DNA from: a virus
Lineage: Duplodnaviria > Caudoviricetes
Virus record (IMG/VR): IMGVR_UViG_3300046779_001034
Span: 1 to 37,385 of that record
DNA length: 37,385 nt
Strand: one strand, 5' to 3'
Shown here: piece after piece, positions 7,499 to 16,377 of the stretch
Position numbering within the stretch: position 1 is the stretch's first letter
How the letters are laid out: each line of letters opens with the position of its first letter
Translations under genes and position numbers: made by a program
Notes under the pieces: model-generated
Databases searched by the model: none
What the model saw: only the letters and a program-made list of their open reading frames with translations
What the model was told of the DNA's origin: nothing

Positions 7499-7752
7499 TT
7501 TGTTTCCTTAATATTATGAAAGCACTCAATTTGACGAACAAAATCAATGCGACCATAAAAATCACGATTAATTATTTCGGTTGGTATTGGAGTTTGTTTT
7601 GGTTGTTTAACTATTTTCAAAACGTGATTTAATGCTGAAATTTCATGCTTATCAAAACTATTTTGATTATCTTTGTTTTGCAGATGTTCAAGTCTGCGCT
7701 CAAGCGGTTTTGTGTAATATTTCCATGCTAAAGGCTTTATTTCATCTGTCAT
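7495..7752 (-). CDS. Hypothetical protein
   Basis: 85-aa ORF with AGGAG RBS. Confidence 0.65.
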   Translation of the reverse strand: MTDEIKPLAWKYYTKPLERRLEHLQNKDNQNSFDKHEISALNHVLKIVKQPKQTPIPTEIINRDFYGRIDFVRQIECFHNIKETK

Positions 7753-7775
7753 ACGTTCTCCTTAAAAATTTCAGT

Positions 7776-8120
7776 TTAGTTATCCAAGCTGACTAAACCC
7801 TTACTTACAAGAATAGCGCGGCTTTTTTCCATAGCCACATCAAACGCAAAATCTACATCATCTTTTGTTAGCCAGCTTGGGCGTTTACGCTGACCATCGT
7901 AGGTCTGGTGACAAGCTAGGCAACCATAAGCACCGTATTCATCATTAGCCTTTAGCCCCATACCTTTGCCATGCGCTGATTGATTTGAATGACACCAAAC
8001 AACTGTGGCAGGGTCGTAATTGCACACACCTTCTAGGTTGATAGTGCAATCTTCGCCTCTTGCAGATTGACGGATTTTTGTAGTCTTGGGGCGGCTACGT
8101 TTTATAGATGAGCGTTTCAT
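7776..8120 (-). CDS. YbcO/DUF1364-like Zn-binding nuclease
   Basis: SARGEDCTINLEGVCNYDPATVVWCH..GMGLK..GAYGCLACH. Confidence 0.8.
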   Translation of the reverse strand: MKRSSIKRSRPKTTKIRQSARGEDCTINLEGVCNYDPATVVWCHSNQSAHGKGMGLKANDEYGAYGCLACHQTYDGQRKRPSWLTKDDVDFAFDVAMEKSRAILVSKGLVSLDN

Positions 8121-8317
8121 TGTCTTGCTCGGATTGCTTCAACAGCATCATAAATCTCGCCATTTGAGCCCCAAAGGTCATCACAAATTGTTTCACACGC
8201 TTTGCGCTCAACTTCAATTATTGATTTTGCAAAAATTATCAACAATGATGGCTCCCCTTCGTAACCAGCAAGAACGCCTGTATTTTTAGCCATTTCCATG
8301 ATTTCATCTTGTGTCAT
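8117..8317 (-). CDS. Hypothetical protein
   Basis: MTQDEIMEMA..ERKAC..AIRAR pattern common in small phage proteins; AGGAG RBS. Confidence 0.7.
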   Translation of the reverse strand: MTQDEIMEMAKNTGVLAGYEGEPSLLIIFAKSIIEVERKACETICDDLWGSNGEIYDAVEAIRARQ

Positions 8318-8395
8318 ATCTACTCCTAAAAACTTTAGCGTAGCACGAAAACAGGCTAAAAATTTAAGTGGCTGGAACTTTCTTTTTTAGTGTTA

Positions 8396-8454
8396 GTCAG
8401 CTTTTTGTAAGAAAAGGCTTTTACAGTAGAGCTATCGACAAACGAGGAATTGAC
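8396..8454 (+). promoter_or_regulatory. Repeated promoter/leader module, copy A
   Basis: GTCAG-N6-GTAAG-N10-TACAGT-N6-ATCGAC..GAGGA. Confidence 0.5.
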
Positions 8455-8742
8455 ATGACAAACGAACAAAGATTTGAAATTGCACCACAACCAGAAGCGA
8501 CCTGCCCAATGATTGATGCAATTATTAAAAAGTTAAATTCCGTTGAACGGTCAATTCGTGGATTTCAAAGACTTGATGATGTTGATGAGTTAAAAGAAGT
8601 TATTGATTCTATTCATTCAGATTTGTTTAGCTGGAATGATCTTGAATCAGATTTGGAAAAGATCAGAAATCATGTTGAAAAAATTAGAAATTGGGGCGAA
8701 GAATGGAAGCAATTAGCCATAAATTTAGATGAGCAGATGTAA
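8455..8742 (+). CDS. Hypothetical protein
   Basis: Probable start at 8455 (MTNEQRF) with GAGGA RBS; TCPMID motif, coiled coil. Confidence 0.7.
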   Translation: MTNEQRFEIAPQPEATCPMIDAIIKKLNSVERSIRGFQRLDDVDELKEVIDSIHSDLFSWNDLESDLEKIRNHVEKIRNWGEEWKQLAINLDEQM

Positions 8743-8795
8743 GCAAATTGTAAGAAATCACATTTAACATACGTCCATCAACACAAGGAACTGAC
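8739..8795 (+). promoter_or_regulatory. Repeated promoter/leader module, copy B
   Basis: GTAAG-N6-GTAAG-N10-TAACAT-N6-ATCAAC..AAGGAACTGA. Confidence 0.6.
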
Positions 8796-9056
8796 ATGAA
8801 ACCACAAGATTTTGAATTCAGCTTTGAATACGACAACTACCCAATGAGCTTTGATGAAGTCATTGCAGGCCGTGCGCTTATCTTGGCTTTTGACTACACA
8901 CCACGCGATGAAGATGACATGGTTAGCGAAGGCATCCACATGGCTGTTTTTGCAAAGGATGGTGAGAACATTGAGGAGATTTCACACTTGGTAGAGAAAA
9001 AAGAAGAACGCGACTTTGTGGATGCGTGTTTTAAATATCTTGAGGAGACAGCATGA
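8796..9056 (+). CDS. Acidic hypothetical protein
   Basis: 86 aa, D/E-rich, AAGGA RBS. Confidence 0.7.
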   Translation: MKPQDFEFSFEYDNYPMSFDEVIAGRALILAFDYTPRDEDDMVSEGIHMAVFAKDGENIEEISHLVEKKEERDFVDACFKYLEETA

Positions 9057-9190
9057 GTAAAGAAAGAATGGTGGAAATGCTATTAGACGCATTGGCACTT
9101 GCATGGCTTAATGATAGCTTTGAAGTTTTCAAGAATGTAGATGAATACATGGATTGCGTTCGTCAAGTAAAGGAGAGATTCAATGACTGA
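9053..9190 (+). CDS. Small hypothetical protein (45 aa)
   Basis: MSKERMVEMLLDALALAW...; GGAG RBS, ATGA coupling. Confidence 0.6.
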   Translation: MSKERMVEMLLDALALAWLNDSFEVFKNVDEYMDCVRQVKERFND

Positions 9191-9323
9191 TTTTGAAGGA
9201 CTGACATTCCCAACAGAGCAAATGGCTTACGAAGCTGGATATGCTCATTACGGATTGATTGACTTGGAATCTAGCCAAAACTCAGATGGTTCTTGGTACG
9301 TTTACCCAAAGGATGAAGAATGA
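9183..9323 (+). CDS. Small acidic hypothetical protein (46 aa)
   Basis: MTDFEGLTFPTEQMAYEAGY...; AGGAG RBS. Confidence 0.6.
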   Translation: MTDFEGLTFPTEQMAYEAGYAHYGLIDLESSQNSDGSWYVYPKDEE

Positions 9324-9412
9324 AAACATTAGCTAAATTTGTTGTATCAGTGGCGCTGATTGTTTTGTTGGCTTATATGAGCGTTTATGGGCTTACAAAT
9401 GCAGCAGCTTGA
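9320..9412 (+). CDS. Small membrane peptide (30 aa)
   Basis: MKTLAKFVVSVALIVLLAYMSVYGLTNAAA; ATGA coupling. Confidence 0.55.
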   Translation: MKTLAKFVVSVALIVLLAYMSVYGLTNAAA

Positions 9413-9785
9413 CATTAAACACAGTGACACGCTCACAGACCTGCTTCAAACGCTTGAATTTATCGGGCGTGAGACTTTTATGTCTGTTTGCCGTAATCTT
9501 TCAAACGATGTGTTTAAAGTGCGCCATGCAAATGAGAAGCTAAAACTTACGCCTGAGGCAGAGCTTTTGGTCTGGGTGATTGGCGAATCGTTCTCACAGT
9601 GCCGAAACTCACAGCACGACATTGATTGGTTCTTTAATGATGATTCAGCTTTTGTGGCTTATTGCAACGTGTTAGGAATCAATGTTCATGCTTTACGTGA
9701 GATTTTGAGCAGGGTTAACAAACACGTTTTTATCTATCAATTCAAGAAAAAGGAGCGAGAAAATGCGGAAAATGTACTGCCATAA
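9399..9785 (+). CDS. Hypothetical protein
   Basis: ORF in the operon chain; start at 9387 or 9399 uncertain. Confidence 0.65.
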   Translation: MQQLDIKHSDTLTDLLQTLEFIGRETFMSVCRNLSNDVFKVRHANEKLKLTPEAELLVWVIGESFSQCRNSQHDIDWFFNDDSAFVAYCNVLGINVHALREILSRVNKHVFIYQFKKKERENAENVLP

Positions 9786-9879
9786 ATGCCACAAAACCAA
9801 ATCAATGGGCGGCGGTTCGTTTCGGATGATCGCGGGTTATCGGTGCTTTGTTTGTCGTGAATGTGGAGAAGTGAAATGA
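9763..9879 (+). CDS. Small Zn-ribbon protein (38 aa)
   Basis: MRKMYCHKCHK...CFVCRECGEVK; AGGAG RBS. Confidence 0.6.
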   Translation: MRKMYCHKCHKTKSMGGGSFRMIAGYRCFVCRECGEVK

Positions 9880-10160
9880 ACAAAAACAGTTTAGCGGCTT
9901 ATCGCCGTATTGGTGAATTCTTAGAAGGCCACAATCTTTCAATCTATGAGACTTTATTGGCTAATGGAGCTCAAACGCCTTGGGAGATTTCACACTCAAC
10001 AAAAAAAGTCTATGGGAATTGGCTTGACGCTGACCAAGTGTTTAGGCGTATGCGTGACTTAGAACGCTCTGGATTTGTGGAGCGGATGGATTGGGTAAAA
10101 GACAGCCCAAGTGGTCGCGCTTGCAGCGTTTGGTGGGTATCAACAAAGGAAACAAAATGA
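9876..10160 (+). CDS. Putative winged-helix DNA-binding protein
   Basis: IYETLLANGAQTPWEI..QVFRRMRDLERSGFVER..SPSGR..VW. Confidence 0.65.
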   Translation: MNKNSLAAYRRIGEFLEGHNLSIYETLLANGAQTPWEISHSTKKVYGNWLDADQVFRRMRDLERSGFVERMDWVKDSPSGRACSVWWVSTKETK

Positions 10161-10462
10161 ATATTGAAGAATTAAAACTTGTACTTGACACTGTTGCAGC
10201 AGTTACAGATGACGCAAAAACAGTTGCTATCTGGTATATCGTGGCTAGTTATGGCCTACCTTTTATAGCTAACTGCCTGGTTGGTCTTATTTTTTATGGT
10301 GTAGTACGTTTAATTGTTGGAGCATTTGCATCATCAAATGAATGGGCGCAACATGGGAAAAATGTTGCAAGAGCATTTGGCGGCGAAGGTTCAGATTACA
10401 GCTACGAACGAGATAGCAAACTTATTGACAAAGCAATTGCAAAAGCAAAGGAAACAAAATGA
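10157..10462 (+). CDS. Membrane protein, flanked by an 18-bp direct repeat
   Basis: Start MNIEELK with AAGGA RBS; hydrophobic segments. Confidence 0.65.
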   Translation: MNIEELKLVLDTVAAVTDDAKTVAIWYIVASYGLPFIANCLVGLIFYGVVRLIVGAFASSNEWAQHGKNVARAFGGEGSDYSYERDSKLIDKAIAKAKETK

Positions 10463-10623
10463 AAGAAGAAAAAGGCATCATCTACACGCAACCAAACATT
10501 CCAGTGAGTACGCCTGTGCGCTATTGCTATCAATGCCGATACCAGCAGTATTCAGCCGCAAAAGAGCCTTGCAATAGTTGCATGAAAGACACCAAAGGTA
10601 GCAAATGGGAGCCAGCTAAGTGA
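10459..10623 (+). CDS. Small Cys-rich protein (54 aa)
   Basis: MKEEKGII..CYQC..PCNSC..WEPAK; coupled to genes on both sides. Confidence 0.6.
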   Translation: MKEEKGIIYTQPNIPVSTPVRYCYQCRYQQYSAAKEPCNSCMKDTKGSKWEPAK

Positions 10624-10892
10624 GGCGAGCCGCACGCGTAGATGCTAATCAAGAGCAGATTGTTTCAGCTCTTCGTGCGGCAGGTGCTTATGTGTGGATT
10701 ATTGGCCTGCCAGTAGATTTGCTCGTGGGCGTAGGGAATAAAACTTTTCTGGTAGAAATCAAGACAAACGAGAAAAAGAAGCTGACCAAGCTACAAACAG
10801 ACTTTTTTGCTAACTGGACAGGCGGCACTCTTTGCAGGATTGATTCGCCCGAAGCCGCGCTAAGAATGATTGGCGTTGTAAGCCAGCAGTAA
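10620..10892 (+). CDS. VRR-NUC-type PD-(D/E)XK nuclease, possible resolvase
   Basis: RAARVDANQ..IVSALR..PVDLLV..LVEIK..LTKLQ. Confidence 0.8.
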   Translation: MRRAARVDANQEQIVSALRAAGAYVWIIGLPVDLLVGVGNKTFLVEIKTNEKKKLTKLQTDFFANWTGGTLCRIDSPEAALRMIGVVSQQ

Positions 10893-10935
10893 GAATCGTG
10901 TAGACAATACACATATCAACAACCAAGGAACTGAA
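10878..10935 (+). promoter_or_regulatory. Repeated promoter/leader module, copy C
   Basis: GTAAG-N6-GTAAG-N9-GACAAT-N6-ATCAAC..AAGGAACTGA. Confidence 0.6.
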
Positions 10936-11517
10936 ATGAAAGTTTACAAAGCAATCAACGCCATTCAAGGCGCACTGTCAAAAATCGGCATCACAAAAGA
11001 TGGTCGAAACAATCAAGGCGCGGGGTACAACTTTCGCGGTATTGACCAGGTTTACAACACATTGTCACCACTGTTGGCAGAGTATGGTTTGTGTATCTTG
11101 CCCCGCGTAGTGAAGTCTGAGCAAACTGAGCGCAACTCTGCTAAAGGCTCAGTCTTGATTTACAGTTATGTAACGATGGAATTTGACCTTGTTAGCTCAG
11201 AAGATGGCAGCAAGCACACAATTTGCACAGTTGGCGAGGCTTTTGATTCTGGCGATAAATCCATGAACAAAGCAATGTCAGCGGCTTACAAATATGCAGC
11301 TTTTCAAGCGTTTGCTATTCCAACAGAAGGCGACAACGATGCAGACGCGCATACACACCAAGTAGCGCCTAAAAAAACTACACTTGATGCTAAACGATTA
11401 GGAGATGCTATTGCGCGAATCAAAGAAGGCAAATACACGACAGAAAAGCTACGCGACACTTTTGCACTGACACCAGAGCAAGACGCGCAAGTCGTGGAGG
11501 CACTGTCAAATGTCTGA
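10936..11517 (+). CDS. erf: ERF-family ssDNA annealing protein
   Basis: YNFRGIDQV, GEAFDSGDKSMNKAMSAAYKYA..F.IPT..D.D. Confidence 0.88.
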   Translation: MKVYKAINAIQGALSKIGITKDGRNNQGAGYNFRGIDQVYNTLSPLLAEYGLCILPRVVKSEQTERNSAKGSVLIYSYVTMEFDLVSSEDGSKHTICTVGEAFDSGDKSMNKAMSAAYKYAAFQAFAIPTEGDNDADAHTHQVAPKKTTLDAKRLGDAIARIKEGKYTTEKLRDTFALTPEQDAQVVEALSNV

Positions 11518-12133
11518 AATCGTACAAGGTAGCCCAGAGTGGCACAAACAACGCTTAGGCAAGGTTACGGCTTCGCGTGTGGCTGACGTTATCGCCAAAA
11601 CTAAATCAGGTTATTCAACTAGCCGCGATAACTACATGGCACAGTTGATTTGCGAACGATTGACGCAAACACCGACAGAGGGCTTTACAAACTCCGCTAT
11701 GCAATGGGGAACTGATACAGAGCCTAAAGCTCGCGAAGCGTACGAAGCTGAGACTTTTACATCGGTTGAACAAGTGGCAATGATTGAGCATCCATCAATT
11801 CCAAACACAGGCGCAAGCCCAGATGGGTTGATTGGCAATGATGGATTGATTGAGATCAAATGCCCAAACACAGCAACGCATTTAGACACGCTTTTAAGCA
11901 AGAAAGTGCCTAGTAAGTACATTACTCAGATGCAATGGCAAATGGCTTGCACTGGTCGTTTGTGGTGCGATTTTGTTAGTTTTGACCCACGTTTGCCTAG
12001 TCATTTGCAGTTGTTTGTAAAGCGCGTAGATCGTGACAATGATTTCATCAAAGAGACTGAAACTGAAATTATTTCGTTTTTGCTTGAGATGGAAAAAAAG
12101 ATTGAAGCACTAGAGGCTTACAAAAATGCGTAA
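11510..12133 (+). CDS. YqaJ/lambda-exonuclease family protein
   Basis: QGSPEW..RLGKVTAS, MQWG..EP.AR, ASPDG, EIKCP, Y..QMQWQM. Confidence 0.92.
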   Translation: MSEIVQGSPEWHKQRLGKVTASRVADVIAKTKSGYSTSRDNYMAQLICERLTQTPTEGFTNSAMQWGTDTEPKAREAYEAETFTSVEQVAMIEHPSIPNTGASPDGLIGNDGLIEIKCPNTATHLDTLLSKKVPSKYITQMQWQMACTGRLWCDFVSFDPRLPSHLQLFVKRVDRDNDFIKETETEIISFLLEMEKKIEALEAYKNA

Positions 12134-12572
12134 ACACACTAAACGCAAATACGTGCCAAAAGGTGACGGATTGCTAGCCATTCATTCGAGCCAGCCGTTT
12201 AGCGAGGCCGCAAAAACTTCGCTTAAATCAAAGGTTTGGATGGCTTGGGCAGGGTTTAAATCGGGCGCTGCAACAGTCGAAGACTTTGATTTGTTAGCAG
12301 CTACCGCAAATGTCTGCCTAATCCGAGCTGAAGCTATCGGTAATCAGGCCGTGATTCTCTGCAAAGACGCACAGAGCGCCTTGATGGATATTCGAGAGCG
12401 CCATGACCGTTTGGGTAAGTTTGGCATTGATGCTAAGAGTTTAGATGTTTTGCCTGATTTGCTTGACTTCTATTGTGAGTTGATTGATAACAGCACACCA
12501 AGGCAAATGGCTGAATCGGTAGAGGTGGCGTTTAAGCGGTTGAATAAACAAATCTTTTTTCAAAAGCCATGA
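12126..12572 (+). CDS. Hypothetical protein
   Basis: 148-aa helical ORF in the operon. Confidence 0.7.
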   Translation: MRKHTKRKYVPKGDGLLAIHSSQPFSEAAKTSLKSKVWMAWAGFKSGAATVEDFDLLAATANVCLIRAEAIGNQAVILCKDAQSALMDIRERHDRLGKFGIDAKSLDVLPDLLDFYCELIDNSTPRQMAESVEVAFKRLNKQIFFQKP

Positions 12573-12892
12573 CAGACCCAAATGAGGCGATAAGTTACAT
12601 CATCAAGAACAGTGCCGCCCACGCTCAGGCCAAGGGTAATCGTGTCTACATTGAGCAATACCGCAAAACAGTAAAAGCTCAGTTAATGGCTCAAAGCACT
12701 GCTAAAACCGTGTCAGAGCGCGAAACAGATGCGTATGGTCATGCTGAATATGCCGCACTTCTTGATGGGCTTAAAGAGGCTGTAATCCAAGAAGAAAAGC
12801 TAAAGTTTTTACTCATTGCAGCGCAGCTTCGCGTTGACGTTTGGCGAACGAATCAGGCTAACAACAGAAAGCAAGACAATGCAACTCGATAG
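12569..12892 (+). CDS. Coiled-coil protein, possibly a UvsY-like recombination mediator
   Basis: ERETDAY..Y..L..WRT..AN.R helical pattern; near ERF and exonuclease; function tentative. Confidence 0.45.
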   Translation: MTDPNEAISYIIKNSAAHAQAKGNRVYIEQYRKTVKAQLMAQSTAKTVSERETDAYGHAEYAALLDGLKEAVIQEEKLKFLLIAAQLRVDVWRTNQANNRKQDNATR

Positions 12893-13049
12893 CTTGGTCA
12901 CATATATGGCTAAACACTTTATTGAGATGGGCAAAGTTGACGGATTTCGTGACTATGCCAAGCAAAGATACCTAGAGCTACTTAAAGATCAAAGTGGTTT
13001 ATGGGATAACCTACCAGCAGAAATTAAACGACTGAAGGAGATGGAATGA
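12879..13049 (+). CDS. Hypothetical protein
   Basis: Probable start MQLDSLV at 12879. Confidence 0.55.
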   Translation: MQLDSLVTYMAKHFIEMGKVDGFRDYAKQRYLELLKDQSGLWDNLPAEIKRLKEME

Positions 13050-13234
13050 AACAATTTATCGGCGCTGTGCTTTTTTGGATATTTGCCGCCACGGTAGGCA
13101 TTGCATTGCTTCTTTTGGGCGCTTGGCTTGATAGCGTGGCTACTGGTGAGCCTGTCGTTATCAAGAAAGAGAAATACGTCACTTGCGAACCAGTGGGAAA
13201 AGGCTGGAGCAAGTGTTCTACTGAGTGGATTTAA
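13046..13234 (+). CDS. Small membrane protein
   Basis: N-terminal TM helix, two C-terminal Cys, GGAG RBS. Confidence 0.65.
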   Translation: MKQFIGAVLFWIFAATVGIALLLLGAWLDSVATGEPVVIKKEKYVTCEPVGKGWSKCSTEWI

Positions 13235-13647
13235 TGAAAGTCAATAAACACTGGGTCTGGTGAGTTCTTGATTAGCGGGAATAGTTTATCAAATGCTATT
13301 TTTGAGCCGCCTACCCAGTCTGATTTACCATCCCAAGTGCTACCAACAATTAAGCAGCCTTCGGTGTGTTCGCTAGTGTTTCCCGTATGGATTCGCACAC
13401 CTGAGAAGCCTTCAACACCTTCAAGCAATGGCAACTCACGTTTAAATCGGTTAGACATTGTTACTTTTACGGGATAGTAGCCTTTTGGAATAGCTGTTTT
13501 TGCGTAAACTTTCCATTCGGCTACTGGCTTGCCTTCAATCTCTCTAACTTTGTCTTCGAGCGTAAAGCATACAAAATCTCTGCCATTGAAGATTTTTCCA
13601 ATGGTGAAAGTTTCGCCAAAGTGGATGCGTTCTAGCTTGAGAATCAT
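13231..13647 (-). CDS. DUF5675-like protein, candidate endolysin
   Basis: TIG..CFTLED, TAIPKG.Y, GVRIHTGN..TEGCLIVG; adjacent to the holin. Confidence 0.75.
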   Translation of the reverse strand: MILKLERIHFGETFTIGKIFNGRDFVCFTLEDKVREIEGKPVAEWKVYAKTAIPKGYYPVKVTMSNRFKRELPLLEGVEGFSGVRIHTGNTSEHTEGCLIVGSTWDGKSDWVGGSKIAFDKLFPLIKNSPDPVFIDFH

Positions 13648-14087
13648 TTTTTCATTACCCGTTCAATGGTTTTTCCACCAAAGTAAGCAAGCATTACGAG
13701 CTGACCCCATTGACCAAGTAGCTCAACGTATGCGCCTCGTGTCTCATAGCCAAACATAGAACACACCGCAAAGAACGTATAAGCACTAAGCAAGTAAATC
13801 AGCGTGATAGGGCGAATGTTTTTAGTCAAAGACGATTCAGCTTGATCGTCTGCAATCCATCGTGCCGTAATGTTGTTTTCTTCAGTTTTAAACTGATCTG
13901 CATCAATCTCTGCGAGTTTCAATGCGACTTGCGGGTCAGCTTGAATTGCAGCAGTTACGGCGCTTGGCGTGGCTTCTACGCCTAGTTTTTGCGCGATTGT
14001 TTGCACCAAGATACCAGCCAAAGGGCCGCCAGCAGCAGTGGCTAATTGTGGCGCATATTCTTTAAGTAGGTTGATTAGGTTGTTCAT
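13644..14087 (-). CDS. Holin (GTA 3TM-type)
   Basis: APQLATAAGGPLAG, D..S.L.KNIRP, TM helices, AYFGG.T.E. Confidence 0.75.
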   Translation of the reverse strand: MNNLINLLKEYAPQLATAAGGPLAGILVQTIAQKLGVEATPSAVTAAIQADPQVALKLAEIDADQFKTEENNITARWIADDQAESSLTKNIRPITLIYLLSAYTFFAVCSMFGYETRGAYVELLGQWGQLVMLAYFGGKTIERVMKK

Positions 14088-14196
14088 CTTGCACCTCTTG
14101 AGCAGCTAATTTAGCCTCATGCTCTGCCAGTTCTTCAGGCGTGTATTCAATTTGAGAGACTTCGCCTGTTTGTACGTTTACTACAATTTTGTGCAT
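14062..14196 (-). CDS. Small tail-fibre-associated protein (44 aa)
   Basis: MHKIVVNVQTGEVSQIEYTPEELAE..., directly after the fibre gene. Confidence 0.65.
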   Translation of the reverse strand: MHKIVVNVQTGEVSQIEYTPEELAEHEAKLAAQEVQDEQPNQPT

Positions 14197-14199
14197 AGA

Positions 14200-15738
14200 T
14201 TACTCAAAGAGAATGTTAATTGAACCAGCGTCAAAGGTGTCTGTGCCGCTTGTTGTAGTAATCCGAACACGATCAAGCGTGCCAGATAAAGTCTTTTCAC
14301 CTGCAATTTGGGTGTTATAGTTGTTCCCGTACAACAAGCCCGAAGCAATCCACGTATTTCCGCTAATATTTGTAAACACAATCGACCCTGACACAGTAAC
14401 AGATCCATCGGCATCGCCTAATGTTTGAAAACCGCTTGTAGGCGACACATAAATTATCGCGCCAGAAGAAGCTGCAAAAGTACCACTTGTGTACCCAGTT
14501 GTTTCTACACCGCCTGAATCGCCTAATTGAAACAGAAAGTTTGCTGTGCTGTTTTTAGATATGCCCCTACATAGTACTGTCACACGCTTCACCCAAGAAG
14601 GGATAGCTGTAAAGTCAACACTAGTCCCAGAAGCTGTTACGGATGTCCCGCTAGTCAGCTTTGTACTTGACGCATCTACACCACCACCAATGCCTTGAAT
14701 CTTGCTAGGAGTAGCCGCCCAAGTTCCAGCCGTTGCCTGTGTGCTTTCAACATAACCAACAATGCGGAAAGGTACGCTTGTTCGTGCAGTAGCTGAATAA
14801 ATCACGCTTGCACTGTCAGAGGCAGAATCAAGCAATGTAGTGCTAATCAGCGTTGATTCATCCAAAGCTAAAGAGCCGTTACATACAGCCAGCTCAACAG
14901 TACCAGCGTTATCAATAGCCAACAACATTACTTTTGACAAAGTAGCGTTAACAGTGCCTAGCGTAGCGCCTGACGGAACAACAGCACTGACAGCAGTTGC
15001 AATCGTGCGTGTGTTTACCGTACCGCTACCCAATGTAGAAGAACGGAAATCTAGCGTTGTAGGATTAAGAGTAACTGTGAGAGTGTTTGATGCAACAGAG
15101 GCAGTTACAGGCTCAATTTTGCTAGTCATCTTTTCGCCGTAAACAGCGCCGTTAGCAAGGCTTGAGTTAGTAACAGAGCCAGCAACAGGGCCACCCGCAG
15201 ATGATTGATAACCAACAACTTGCCAACCGTCAGCAGTGCCTAAAGTCGCTTTTGGAACAACAATCAAGCAATCACCAGCGGCAGTAGTGATGTTTGCACC
15301 ACCTGGAAGAATCAGCGTACTAGAGTTAGTCAAAAGCACAGCGCCAGCAAAGCGCAAGAATCGCGGCCCTTTGTAGTTAGTGCCAAACGATGTAATCGTA
15401 GTAGTTCCAGTGATACGCAAGAAGTTTGTTAACTGTGCGCCAATGTCAGTAGTTGCCGCGCTTGCTAGGTCTTGCTCTGTGCCTTGGTCAAATAGTTGCT
15501 CAAAAATCAGCGATTGACCTGTGCCAGTGCCAGCGGTAAGCCCTGTGATTTTGTTGCCTCCTAGGTTCAAGTTCCCTGTAAATGGCGTTTGCCCATCTTT
15601 TGAAACTGATTGCGTAAGAGCAGAGGCCACATCATTGATTAATGCTTGCCAATCGCCAGCCGAGGCTAGCTGTCCGTTTGTTGCTTGATTCCAACTGTTT
15701 GTTACTAATGAAAATTGGCCTGACCCATTTCTTGGCAT
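14200..15738 (-). CDS. Tail fibre protein
   Basis: MPRNGSG..D.A.ALT.S..KDGQT anchor; S/T/G-rich beta content; ends GTLDRVRITT..FDAGSINI. Confidence 0.8.
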   Translation of the reverse strand: MPRNGSGQFSLVTNSWNQATNGQLASAGDWQALINDVASALTQSVSKDGQTPFTGNLNLGGNKITGLTAGTGTGQSLIFEQLFDQGTEQDLASAATTDIGAQLTNFLRITGTTTITSFGTNYKGPRFLRFAGAVLLTNSSTLILPGGANITTAAGDCLIVVPKATLGTADGWQVVGYQSSAGGPVAGSVTNSSLANGAVYGEKMTSKIEPVTASVASNTLTVTLNPTTLDFRSSTLGSGTVNTRTIATAVSAVVPSGATLGTVNATLSKVMLLAIDNAGTVELAVCNGSLALDESTLISTTLLDSASDSASVIYSATARTSVPFRIVGYVESTQATAGTWAATPSKIQGIGGGVDASSTKLTSGTSVTASGTSVDFTAIPSWVKRVTVLCRGISKNSTANFLFQLGDSGGVETTGYTSGTFAASSGAIIYVSPTSGFQTLGDADGSVTVSGSIVFTNISGNTWIASGLLYGNNYNTQIAGEKTLSGTLDRVRITTTSGTDTFDAGSINILFE

Positions 15739-15786
15739 CGCTATTCCTTAAAGAATGTTTGTCCAATTTTACACCCAATCAATTTT

Positions 15787-15880
15787 TGATACAATCAAGT
15801 CGTGGCTACCTTTAGCGGGGGAAAAGCAGACTGAATCACTGCCTGCCACTATCTTCTTGATTCGCTACATGAGAGATTCA
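15787..15880 (+). promoter_or_regulatory. Extended -10 promoter and structured leader of the HNH-AP2 gene
   Basis: TGnTACAAT at 15787-15795; GTGGC/GCCAC stem 15802-15849 with an inner hairpin. Confidence 0.5.
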
Positions 15881-15882
15881 TC

Positions 15883-16371
15883 ATGACACACCAAGAGTTA
15901 TACACACGCGCCCACGAACTACTTACATACAAAGATGGTTGTTTGTATTGGAAAGTCTATCGAAGCCCAAAAGCACAAGTAGGAATGAGAGCTGGATGCT
16001 TATCAAAATCAAGCATATACAGAGGCATCTACATAGACAACAAGAGGCATATAGAGCATCGGATAATTTTTCTCATGCATCATGGCTATTTACCTGAAAT
16101 GGTAGATCATGAAAACAGAATAACCACAGACAACAACATCGGAAATTTAAGAGATTCCGACAGGCACAGCAATCAGCAAAATACAGTAGCTATAAAGACA
16201 GGTAGCGGTCTGAAAGGCGCTAGATATGACAAATCGCGTGATTTGTGGATGTCTAGCATTAGGGTCTATAAAAAACGCATTTTCCTTGGCAGATTCAAGA
16301 CCAAAGAAGAAGCTCACGAAGCCTACAAAGCTGCCGCATTGAAATATCACGGGGAATTTGCAAGATTTTGA
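15883..16371 (+). CDS. HNH endonuclease with C-terminal AP2 domain
   Basis: HRIIF..VDHENR..DNNIGNLR..N..N; GARY..W..I..LGRFKT.EEA..AY..AA..HGEFA. Confidence 0.9.
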   Translation: MTHQELYTRAHELLTYKDGCLYWKVYRSPKAQVGMRAGCLSKSSIYRGIYIDNKRHIEHRIIFLMHHGYLPEMVDHENRITTDNNIGNLRDSDRHSNQQNTVAIKTGSGLKGARYDKSRDLWMSSIRVYKKRIFLGRFKTKEEAHEAYKAAALKYHGEFARF

Positions 16372-16377
16372 TGCTTT

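Noticed and set aside
14200-15738. Diversity-generating retroelement target in the tail fibre
   Set aside because: No reverse transcriptase gene and no template/variable repeat pair seen.
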